In this document: piece by piece, positions 13,050 through 23,999 of the stretch
Layout: every line of letters begins with the position of its first letter
Numbering within the stretch: position 1 is the stretch's first letter
Assembly: GCA_964016885.1 (NCBI GenBank)
Contig: OZ024740.1
Span: 346,766,001-346,830,000 of the forward strand
From: Eledone cirrhosa
Lineage: Eukaryota
Reading direction: 5' to 3'
Length of the DNA: 64,000 nt
Program-made: the position numbers and the translations under genes
The notes under the pieces: model-generated
Databases searched by the model: none
Told to the model about the DNA's origin: nothing
What the model saw: only the letters and a program-made list of their open reading frames with translations

Positions 13050-14047
13050 AGAGCGGCGTTAGCTAACAGCGGCGTCTCGCAACCAATTACTTACTCGCCC
13101 GCTAATAAGAAAATAAATCGTACCAATTGACAAACTATCTGGTTCTCTCCCCGCCTTCTCACTCAACGCTAAAACTAATGTAGGAAAAATATTTTTAGCC
13201 CTCTTGGATAGACACTTTCCCATAGGTCACAAATACCACTACATCATTAATAGACATAGGGTAAAACTATGATACTCCTACGCTAAGAATATGAAAGCAC
13301 ACATCACCAAAAGACCTAAGAGCGGCAACCCACCAGAATGCAACACACCCGCTGTAGTTTATGAATCTGTTGTCACTTCCAACCGACCAAATCAAAAACA
13401 GGAGATAAAATCCCATGTGGGTATGGCGGAGGGCCGATTTAAGTAACGCTTCCTAAACCATCAGTCGATCTTTAGGTACCCGAACAAACGATCGTCCACG
13501 AAGCTCAAGAGCCACGTATGGTCCCTCAAAAACTCAGGTGTAGACTACTCCAATCAATGGAAAGCTATCACTAAATCCAAGGCGTACGCAAGGGGTAATC
13601 CAGCTGGTGGACAGTGTATTGAAGAAAGGATCAATATTCTAAGGAGTTTACGCAATAGCGATTGCCTAAATTCAAGAATGACCTTTTCTCACGTTGTCCA
13701 CATGCCTGGAAACAACTCTTGCATAACGACAAGGCTCCGGATTGAATAACATTAACATTCGAATCAACTTGACCAATTTATTCGGACGTTCGCAGTTATC
13801 TCCCTTACACTTTTCGACCATGGATTGTTATCGTTTGGGAGAAGTGACCGTTTCTGCGCATGAGTATTCATACGGTTGATTCTTCTTTTCCTGTTCCTTA
13901 TAAGCATTATCAGTCCGAGCTGAATATCCGCAAGGCGAAACAATTATTCTCGGTATGGCGAACTAACTGGTGTCTTATTACACGTACGAAACTCGTCCCA
14001 AGGCCTGAGTGCTCAACCACAACAGATATTACCCTTCAGTGGTCTAC

Positions 14048-14050
<3 letters not shown>
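13050..14050 (+). mobile_element. 5'-truncated Penelope-like element (RT C-terminus/GIY-YIG remnant + pseudo-LTR), family P1
   Basis: Homologous to 14925-15950 in the opposite orientation (WFSP.F, VYE.VVTS, HVGMAEGRFK, HVWSLK); has stops; ends in (TA)n. Confidence 0.85.
13915..13953 (+). ncRNA. Minimal type I hammerhead ribozyme, degenerate (P1 pLTR)
   Basis: ccgag CTGAATA tccgcaaggc GAAA CAATTA TT ctcgg; stem I intact, core G8 and stem III mutated. Confidence 0.65.
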
Positions 14051-14096
<46 letters not shown>

Positions 14097-14098
<2 letters not shown>

Positions 14099-14288
14099 AA
14101 CAAGTAGGACGCCGACGGCTGAGCTCAAGCCGTTTCGACGGCTATATTCTGGACTCAAATTAGCCGTCGAAACGGCTTGAGCTCAGCCGTCGTGGTCCTA
14201 CTTGTTCCTAGTAGCCACTCTACTACCCTAAGTATTGAGTACTTTGGTGCGTTATGTCCATCCGGTTCCTTGCCACATTTCCTTCGTT
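14097..14288 (+). mobile_element. Short fold-back element (family D): ~113 bp palindrome plus ~80 bp tail, in (TA)n
   Basis: GGAACAAGTAGGAC...GTCCTACTTGTTCC palindrome; tail CCACTCTACTACCCTAAGTATTGAGTAC...CCTTCGTT shared with 30443, 33966, 40318 and 40931. Confidence 0.85.
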
Positions 14289-14310
14289 ATATATATATAT
14301 ATATATATAT

Positions 14311-14924
<614 letters not shown>

Positions 14925-14927
<3 letters not shown>

Positions 14928-16850
14928 GTAGAATACTGGAAGGTTAATATCCGTCCGTAGGACGAGTTAGGTAGAAGTGGTTAAACAAGTTAGTTCACCA
15001 TACCGAGAACAATTGTTTCACCTTAGCGCATCCTCAGCTCGTAATGGACATGGTTATACGGAATGGGAAGGAAAACCGTACGAACGCCCATGCGCAGAAA
15101 CGATCACTTCACACAGGCAATACTAAATTGCGTGCGAGAGATGTAAGGGAGATAACTGCGAAAGTCCGAAAAGTTTATAATTGATAAGGAAATTAGGATG
15201 TTTTTGTAATTCAATCCGGAGGTTTGAAGTTATATAAACGGTGTTTCCAGACGTGTGGACATCGTGTGAAGAATTCATTACTCGTATTTTGGCAATCACT
15301 ATTGCGTAATATCTTTAGAATATTTATTCGTTCATCAATACATAGTCCACGCGACGGTTGCCCCTTGTGTATGGCTTGGACTAAGTGATGGCTTTCCATT
15401 GAATGGAGTTGTCTATACTTGAGTCCTTGAGGGACCATACGTGGCTCGCGAGTTTCGTGGATGAAGGTCTGTCCAGGTACCTATAGGTCGACTGGTGATT
15501 CAGGAAGCGTTCCTTAAATCGGCCCATCGCCATACCCACATAGGATTTGACCTTCTGTTGTTGATTTGGTCGGTTGGAAGTGACTACAGCTTCATAAACT
15601 TCAGCGGGTGTACTGCATTGCTGTTGAAGGGGACCAGCTTCGGGCTTACGGTACAAGCACCCTGGTGGGTTGTTGCTCTTAGGGCTGTTGGTGATGCGGG
15701 CATTCATGCTCTTAGCGCAGGAGTATCCTAGTTTTACTTAGTGTCGGTTAAAGATGGATCTGTATTTATGACCTATTGGAAAGTGTCAATCTAAGAGGGC
15801 TAGACATTTTTTATCTACATTGGTTTTAACGTTGAGTGAGAAGGGAGGAGAGAACCAGATAGTTTGTCTATTGTTATGCTTTCTTTTCTTATTGCTGTTG
15901 TTGATAGTGGGAGAGTAAGTGATAGGTTGCGAGAAGCCGCTGTTAGCTAACACCGTGTTATAGTAGGGTGCCGCCCTGTCAAATATAGCCTTATTAGAGG
16001 AGAGGTTTGAGATTCTAGTAGTGAGATTATTTACGAAGTTTCTAAAAACAGTGGGAGGGTGGCATGAGTCCTTGTGAATGTAATTGAGTTTTTCGTTTAG
16101 CTTATGGAAGGGTCTGTATGTGTGTGTGCGAACGTCTACATTAATGTCTAAGAAATCTACGCTAGTGAGGTGGGTAGCTACTGTTATCCCAAGTCCTAAC
16201 ACATTGAAGGTAGAAGCTAAGACTTTTTTAAACCGGACGAGGTCGTGACCACTTTTATGGCTCGATAAGATCAGTTCATCGTCGCGGTATATTCCCGTGT
16301 GGAAGTCTGGGAATCTAACACGTAATATGTCTAAAATAAATAGGCCAACCAAGTCGAATACGTGAGCACTGTCAAGCGATCCCATGGAGACGTCGAATAG
16401 GTCTGAAGTTGTTGACTTCTTTGTCCAGGCTACTCCGTCGTTGTAGAAGAGGGTTTTCCGGCAGTGAGGGATGATTTCCCTGTCTAAACCACCGACGGTA
16501 GTGTAAGTGGTAGCAGAGTCCAACGCTTTGTTTAACACGGTCTCTGAGATCGAAGGGTAAAAATCAACAATGTCAAACTGTGTGAACTTCGCTTTATTGG
16601 ATTTGAAGGAGTTAAACCACTTAATTACGGAGTCGCTTTTCTCCCAATGGGACAGGTTCGATTAGTCCTAATGGTCTTAACTATGTTTCTAATTATGGCC
16701 TTACTGACTAGTCCCATATCTGTGCGTGCCGGGTTTATTAGTCGCATGTGGGGTTAGAAGTAAAGTCTACCTTGTAATATTTCAGGTAAGGAACGCCTCC
16801 CGCTTAGCTAGAGTTTGTAGCTTCTTATCTACCTTAAGGGCGGCGGCAAG
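14925..16850 (-). mobile_element. Penelope-like element P1, 5'-truncated: RT + C-terminal GIY-YIG + pLTR (resembles the Hydra clade)
   Basis: QFDIVDFYPSI, FDVSMGSLDSA, GIYRDD, VDFLDI, YIHKDSCHPP, WFSPPF (PLE RT); VYEA..SYVG..FKERFLNH..T.LASHVWSLK..W, GLCIDE, CPH (EN); several stops/frameshifts. Confidence 0.9.
15004..15041 (-). ncRNA. Minimal type I hammerhead ribozyme (P1 pLTR)
   Basis: Minus strand: cgag CTGAGGA tgcgctaaggt GAAA CAATTG TT ctcg; stem II weak. Confidence 0.75.
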
Positions 16851-16954
16851 TTATTATTTTAGACAAATTACGTGTTAGATTCCCGGACTTCCATACGGGA
16901 ATATACCGCGACGATGGACTGACCTTATCGAGCCATGTGTGTGGGTGTGTGTTG

Positions 16955-17511
16955 CAGTTCTGTTTACATGCCAACACAAGAGTAAGGACGAGGAGCTCAT
17001 TCTACTGACATGTCTTTAAAAATGAGGCGTGTTTGCATAATTGCAAACGAATCCAATATTTTTTGTTAATATTCGAAAAACTCAGATCACATTTATTGTA
17101 TTCAGCCATGCAGAGTTTTTTTTTTCTTTTTAATATGACAAAGCCAGCCATTCATCTCTCGTATACAGGAAACTGACTGGCCAGTCTGCTGAAATGCAAA
17201 TGTGGCTGATCAGGGGGTCTGCTAATATGCAGATCTGACAGATCAGCCAGTCTGCTAATATGCAAGTTAGGTCAATCAGTCACTGTATATGTTAGGAAAT
17301 ATCATATATTTTCACTAGCACTGAGAGTTGCCAGGTGAAAAGTGAACTGTACTGATGACGGGTAATTCCCTGAAACATTAGTGTTCACAGTTCTGTTTGC
17401 ATGCCAATACAAGCGCAAGAATGAGGGGCTCATTCTACTGACATGGCTTTAAAAATGAGGCTTGTTTGCATAACTGCAAACGAATCGAATACTATTATAA
17501 ACTCAGATTAC

Positions 17512-17515
<4 letters not shown>
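16955..17515 (+). mobile_element. Hammerhead-bearing 1.3-mer of a ~433 nt non-coding unit (family C)
   Basis: 16955-~17090 is repeated at 17388-17515; the hammerhead spans the unit junction; ends in (TA)n. Confidence 0.8.
17344..17393 (+). ncRNA. Type I hammerhead ribozyme (family C)
   Basis: gaactgt-a CTGATGA c-ggg-taatt-ccc-t GAAA CAT-TA-GTG TT c-acagttc; 7 bp stem I. Confidence 0.8.
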
Positions 17516-17568
<53 letters not shown>

Positions 17569-17885
17569 AAAATCAATCAAATTTCGTTTGTGTAGATGGA
17601 ACACAATACATTCTTCTGTTGTCCTCATATTCCTGAATAGCTTTTCATGATTATTTCCTGGTACCATATTTATATTTATATATCTATCTATTCATCTATC
17701 TAACTATCGTTCTGTTTGACTGTCTGCCTGTCTATCGATATATTTATTTATTTATATGGCAACATGTCCATCCACAAAATAAAACAATATCGGTTTCAAC
17801 ACACGATTTCACATCAAGAATCTTGTTGAACCAATACATAAATTATATATATTCATACCCACACTCCCCGTCTCTCACACACACA

Positions 17886-17966
<81 letters not shown>

Positions 17967-18233
17967 CATGTGTGTTTGTGTGTGTGTATGTTAGTGTGTG
18001 TGTCTCTGTGTGTGTGTGTGTGTTCGTATGTGGGTATACGTGTGTGTGAGTCATTTATCTATTTATTATTCGTCTCTATTTGCCGTCATTCCAAATAATC
18101 CCAGATAACCTCCCGTGTACGTTGAAATCGTCAATCGAATTATCATTTTAAAAAACTCCAGTCCCTTCCGTAATGAACGAAAATCAATATATAGTATGAA
18201 ATTAATTAATTACATTCACTAATATACGAGAAA

Positions 18234-18274
<41 letters not shown>

Positions 18275-19117
18275 ATATATAGTTATGTAGATTAAGAAAT
18301 AAATATACATATTCAAATACATAATATTCAAGGGTCTATATTTGTGTATGTTTATTTATTTACACATGTATGTATATATGTGTGTGTGTGTTTGTGTGTG
18401 TATGTATATGTATATATACGAGCAAACTTCCCCATATATGCATCTGTTTGCCTTTATGTTTTTATGTGTGTGTATGTGTGTGTACATGCGTACGTGTCAA
18501 AACCTGCCGTCTTCTTCCTGTACAAGTATATATTTGTTAGTGATAATAAATTCGGAAATCCCTGTTATAAGAAAGTGTAAAATATATAAAGCGTTAATAG
18601 AATTTCAAAACGCGAACCTGGATAACATTATTAATGAATTTCAAATCTCAAATGACGTGACTGATGATTTGATATATTCAGTTTACCATTAATATAATTA
18701 GTTGTGTGGACAGAATCCGAAATCTTCATACATATTAGCAAGGTATAAGTCTATAGATAGAGAAGAAGTGTCCTTAATAAATATTCTTATATAATTGTAA
18801 ATTTCAAATGTTCCTAATATTCATGCATTTAAAATGACACACCTGTTAACCTCACTTAGGTCACTGTCCAAAATTATAATTCCCAAAACTATACACACAA
18901 AAACACGCCTATTTTCATATATCTTCATGGCTGTGTCTCTATGTATATGTATCTTTCTTGTATTTCTTCGTGTGTATAGACAATTATATATGTGTGTGTG
19001 TATTTGATGTGTATAAAATATATTATTAAGATTTGAAGTTACTGTTGGTGATGTTATGATTACATTTTTAATGCTATTTCTAACGCAGCTATTACTGATG
19101 TAAGATAATGAGCATGG

Positions 19118-19175
<58 letters not shown>

Positions 19176-19179
19176 AATA

Positions 19180-19241
<62 letters not shown>

Positions 19242-19249
19242 TAATAATA

Positions 19250-20745
19250 TAAAAACTTACAAATATCTAGGTGTTTGTGAAGGAGACGGAATCAAGCACT
19301 CGACAATGAGGGAAAGGATAAGGAAGGAATGTTACCGCAGAGTAAGAGCAATCATAAGAACGGAATTGAATGCAAGGAATAGGATCGATGCCATAAACAC
19401 GCTTGCCATACCAGTAGTAACCTACAGTTACAATGTCATCAACTGGTCAAGCACAGAGATCCGTAGGCTCGATACAAAAATTCGAAAACTCTTAACCATG
19501 CACAGAATGCATCACCCTAAGGCAGATATAGATAGAATATATCTCCCTAGGAAAGAAGGAGGACGTGGGTTAATCCAGTTAGACATTGCGTTGAAAACTG
19601 CAACAATTGGATTATCTACATATCTAAGGGAATCACATGATTGGATGATCAAACTCGTTTTGAAACACGAAAGCATCAAAAGATCATATTCCATTACAAA
19701 AGATGCACAAAGATACAGTAATGGACTACAAATTTCAGAAGTCCCATTTACTGCTGAAATGGAAAACACAGAAAAAGCAAAGCAGGTAAAAGTAACTGCA
19801 AAGAAAGAACTGCTACAGAAACTGGCTAAGAAATGGCAAGACAAGCCTCTGTATGGAAAATACCCAGAGCGAGCTAACAATCCTGATGTTGACAAAACTT
19901 TAACCCATCAGTGGTTGGCATCCTCTGGACTGAAATCGGAGACTGAAGGACTGATTATATCAGCACAAGATCAGTGTCTGCCAACAAAAAATTACCAAGT
20001 CAACATAATAAAAAATGGATGCAGCCCATTATGCCGTGTATGCAAAAAACAACCAGAGACCATTGACCATATAATTTCAATGTGCAGTCCTATAGCTCCA
20101 ACCGAATACCTAAACAGGCATGACAGAGCTGCACAATACATACATTGGATAATGTGTAAGCATGTTGACCTGCCCCATCAAAAGAATTGGTGGGAGCATC
20201 AACCACCTCCCATACTTGAAAAAGATCACATCTCAATCTTGTGGAACTTTAGCATCCAAACAGACCGAAAAATAGATGCAAATAGACCTGATATAATATT
20301 GAAGGACTTCAAAAAGAGGGTATGCCTGCTAATTGATATGTCTGTTCCAATAGACAAGAATGTATCTATAAAAACATTTGAAAAATTGAGCAAGTATAAG
20401 GACCTGGAGAGAGAAATTGGAAAAATGTGGAAATTGAGAACTAAAACAATACCAGTGGTTGTAGGCGCTCTGGGAAAGATACCTAAGGGGTCTAATGATT
20501 ACTTATCGCAAATCCCAGGAAACCCGCGTATAGGAGAAATACAAAAGATAGTACTAATGGGAACTGCCCATATACTAAGGAAGATTCTGTCAATATAAGT
20601 ACATCACAAGTCTAAACACTAAAGATGCATGTGTGAGTATGTATGTTCTTTCTTGAACATGGCGGACCTTGTTGTCTATTGAGGTCACTGGTTGTGACTT
20701 GGTGATAACTCGTATGAACATAAAGCAAGATAAATGCAACTGTAA
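19250..20745 (+). mobile_element. 5'-truncated R4/Dong-clade non-LTR retrotransposon between (TAA)n tracts
   Basis: Open reading frame with RLE domain plus ~145 bp 3' UTR; (AAT)n at 19175-19250 and 20744-20770. Confidence 0.92.
19252..20598 (+). CDS. R4/Dong ORF C-terminal part (RT thumb, CCHC finger, restriction-like endonuclease), uninterrupted but 5'-truncated
   Basis: YKYLG, RIYLPRKEGGRGL, AQDQ, CRVC..ETIDHIISMC, RHD, NRPDI, LIDMSVP, EKLSKYKDL, PVVVGALG; the poly-M/poly-N start in the track is microsatellite translation. Confidence 0.85.
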   Translation, partial: KTYKYLGVCEGDGIKHSTMRERIRKECYRRVRAIIRTELNARNRIDAINTLAIPVVTYSYNVINWSSTEIRRLDTKIRKLLTMHRMHHPKADIDRIYLPRKEGGRGLIQLDIALKTATIGLSTYLRESHDWMIKLVLKHESIKRSYSITKDAQRYSNGLQISEVPFTAEMENTEKAKQVKVTAKKELLQKLAKKWQDKPLYGKYPERANNPDVDKTLTHQWLASSGLKSETEGLIISAQDQCLPTKNYQVNIIKNGCSPLCRVCKKQPETIDHIISMCSPIAPTEYLNRHDRAAQYIHWIMCKHVDLPHQKNWWEHQPPPILEKDHISILWNFSIQTDRKIDANRPDIILKDFKKRVCLLIDMSVPIDKNVSIKTFEKLSKYKDLEREIGKMWKLRTKTIPVVVGALGKIPKGSNDYLSQIPGNPRIGEIQKIVLMGTAHILRKILSI

Positions 20746-20770
20746 TAATAATAATAATAATAATTATAAT

Positions 20771-20885
20771 TGTTTCTACTTTAGGCACAAGGCCAGCAAT
20801 TATCCAGTGCATTACTGGTACTTTATTTTACCGACCCCATAAGGATGAAAGGCAAAGTCAACCTCTGCGGGATTTGAACTTAGAT
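20771..20885 (-). mobile_element. SINE fragment, probably tRNA-derived (further tail fragments at ~39697-39753 and ~50926-50992)
   Basis: Minus strand: GTTCAAATCC (B-box) ..GACTTTGCCTTTCATCCTTATGGGGTCGGTAAAATAAAGTACCAG..TGCTGGCCTTGTGCCTAAAGTAGAAACA; the tail occurs three times in the window. Confidence 0.8.
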
Positions 20886-20911
20886 CGTAAATAATAATAA
20901 TAATAATGATT

Positions 20912-23900
20912 TCATTTATTGGCCACAAGGGCCGACATATAGGGGACAATACAAAAGACTGGGACACTGGGGTTTTACAGAAAAACCGAGTAAACAATAT
21001 GAATAAACAAAGTAACAATAACAAAGTAACAATCGAGTAACAATAAAATTACAAGACAAAATTTCCCAATGGGGGGATGACCACCTAGGGTTCGCTCAGG
21101 TACCCCACCAGTCCAGAACGACCTGACGCTTCGAGAGCATCCTGAAAGGGCACCCCTCTCCTCTTCAAATTTACCTCCCTACAGCCGCATGACCAGAGTA
21201 GGCCCACTCACACGGGCCATTCTCGCCACCTTCACCAACCTTTCAGCAAATGTACTGGGGGGCAGCACTTCTCTCTCCACCCTCACCTTCCTTTCCAAGT
21301 GAAACTTGAAAAAGTTAATGAGGGATTGGCCGAGGAGAAAAGTGTCTGTTTCAGTCCTTTCAACCTCGTCAACCATACAACCTCTTCCGCTACTGCCACT
21401 AGACAGAGAAAAATTCCCTGCCCTTCCTGGCCAAAAGAAGGCGGCGGGTCGATCTTCACTATGGACTCGGCCGATAGCCGGATCCGTTCTACACGCGACA
21501 ACAGCTGTTCAACATAATTCCACAAGTCAGTAATGCACGGACACTGGACGACTGCGTGCAGAACGGTTTCGTCGCTCTGCGCGCATCTCGGGCAGGTCCC
21601 TCTGACAGCACTTCCGTGCCTGTAGAGTTTATCTCGAACCGGCAGTGCCCCCGGTAGCACTGTCAAGCGAGGGATTTTTGGAAATTATCCATCGTCCCGG
21701 CTCAAAAGTCCTCCATTACAGACTGGTTAGTTCGACTTCGTTGACTCCCAGAGCCTCTCCAAGTGCGTCGTCGCACTTGCCCACCACTAATCCTCTATAG
21801 AACTCGAGAGTGGAAGTTCCACTGACCGCATTGCTTGCCTGTTAGAGGGCAGTGAGTGCCTGGCAACATTCCAGATGCCAGTCACCCAGTCTCGGACTCT
21901 TCTTGACCCAGGACTGCAACTCAGTCAAAGAAACGAGCTGCGGAAAGGACCGTCTGTCAAACGGCGACCACACCTGTTCACCGTTTAGGCAGAATATCTG
22001 GAGATGCCGCAGCGTCAGCGCGTGCCTGCGCATCATTAGCCACGGCATGCCCAGCCCTCCACGTAGAGGTTGCTGGCAGCAGATGTACCGCCTCACCAGC
22101 GGAACCTGATCCCAACACAAGAATTTTAAGAGGAGCCGCTCCAAGATGGCGAGGCGCGAGCGGGGGCAAGGGACGGCAGTCAGATGGTAGTAGATGACGG
22201 ACGCGATGTACGCGTTCTCCACCTCCGCCCGACCTTTCAGTGATAGCTTCATCCCAGCCCATTTATGGGTGAGACTGGCTATCCTGCCCGTCACCTCGTC
22301 CCAACTCTTATCCACCTGGAGGTCTGGCCCGAACCAAACCTCTAGCAACTTTACCGGTCCGTCCATCCAGCGCCTAACGACGCTGTTGGACGGCATGGAC
22401 TTGCCTCTCCAGGTGCCGAGTTACAAGCCCACTGACTTTTCGGGTTAAGTTTTGCTCCCGTCAACCTTTCATATTCCTCCAATAAGTTGCCGACCACCTC
22501 GATTTCTGAGGTGTCCGACACCATCACGGTGATGTCGTCCGCATAAGCCGACACAGCCTTTCCGCGTCCTGGTTCGAGCGGGATGCCCTGCTCGAAACGG
22601 GATGCCCTGCTCCAGCTTCCGCAGTAAAGGCTCGAGAGTCAATACGTACAGAAGTTAGGAGAGAGAGCACCCTTGACGGACCGATCGGGAGACCTGAAAC
22701 GGTTCCGAGAGGTGGCTATTAATTTTGACCATCGAGCAGGTGCCGCTGTGCATTGCAGCGATACAGCTTCTGAAGACGGGGCCGAAGCCAGCCGCCTTGA
22801 GGACAGTCTCCAGGTACCGATGGTCGACCCTATCGAATGCTTTCGATTGATCTAAATTTATCAGAGCCCAACCGAAGCCAGGTTTACACCCTACCCTCTC
22901 TATGATGTATCGCATTAGGTGGAGTTTGTCGTGTATGGACCAGGTTTGGATTGCGCAAGTTTGCGCCTCCCCAACCAAATACCCGACGACAAGCGCCAAC
23001 CTCTTCGCTAACACCCTGGCCAAAATCTTAAACTCTGTGTTGAGCAGGGTTATGGGCCTGAAATTGTTTAATGTGTCCCTCTTGTTCTCGTCTTTCCTTA
23101 TCAGCGTCACTACGCCTCGGCTCACAGAACTGGGAAAACTCCGGTTTTGCTGCCAGTTGCTGTAGAGGGCTTCGAGGAGATTGGAGAACAAGTCTGGCAT
23201 ATTTACGTAAAGCTCGTAGGGCAGACCATCCAAACCGGGTGACTTGCGCCTCATGCAGCCGACAAGGGCATCCTGAATCTCGACTGAAATAATTGGCCTT
23301 TCGCAGCGCCCAGCGTCAGCCGTCGAGAGTTGCGGCAAGCCATCGAGGTAGGGACTGAAGTCTGCCACCATCTCTGACCCGCCACTTCCCCTGAACAACC
23401 GAGCAACACGTTGGCGAAGGTCTCACACATCCTCTTGGAATCGCTCAGCTCGTGCCCGTCTCGGTCCGTCAAAGACAGAATTGTGGTTTTATTTCCACGC
23501 TGCGCCTCTGCCACGCGGCCCCATCGAACAGCTTTGGTACCCTTATTTCTCAGAGCACGCGCTAAGCTCTGACAATGCAAACTTCATGTTTCGCATTGAA
23601 GAAATGGTCTAATGCCATTCTCGCCGCTAGCACATCAGTTGTAATGCCACTACCAATAGCCTCGTCTAACTTATCTACCAACTCCCCCTCCTTTCTATTT
23701 TTCTCTAATGCTACGTCTTTGCTAAACTCTATCGACATTACTCTAATCTCTCTTTTGAGAGCCCCCCCCACCATCTATTGTTGACGACTCCCCCTGTCAA
23801 CTTTTTCTTAACTAAATTTGTTGACCTGGTCCCTGTAAGACTTACGTGCTGGAAATGACATGTTTAGCTTCCACTAACCAGGTGCTAACCTACGCGTCTT

Positions 23901-23995
23901 ATCTAGGTCGACCATACAGATCACAATCTTGTGATCTGAATAGGCGACCGTTTCAAAACGTGGACAACTTACACTATTTCTGTCGATTTTCCTAA
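20912..23995 (-). mobile_element. Tx1-clade LINE family B, 3' portion (end of APE, RT, zinc finger, 3' UTR), degenerate
   Basis: KSPGLDGLPYE, DQSKAFDRV, SAYADD, CPRC..ETVLHAVVQC; 3' UTR ends AATAAA then (TTA)n. Confidence 0.88.
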
Positions 23996-23999
23996 TGAA

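Noticed and set aside
15211-16700. In-frame stops in the PLE as selenocysteine recoding (as in some Naiad PLEs)
   Set aside because: Stops are of mixed types and accompanied by frameshifts, and the EN is C-terminal; ordinary decay explains them
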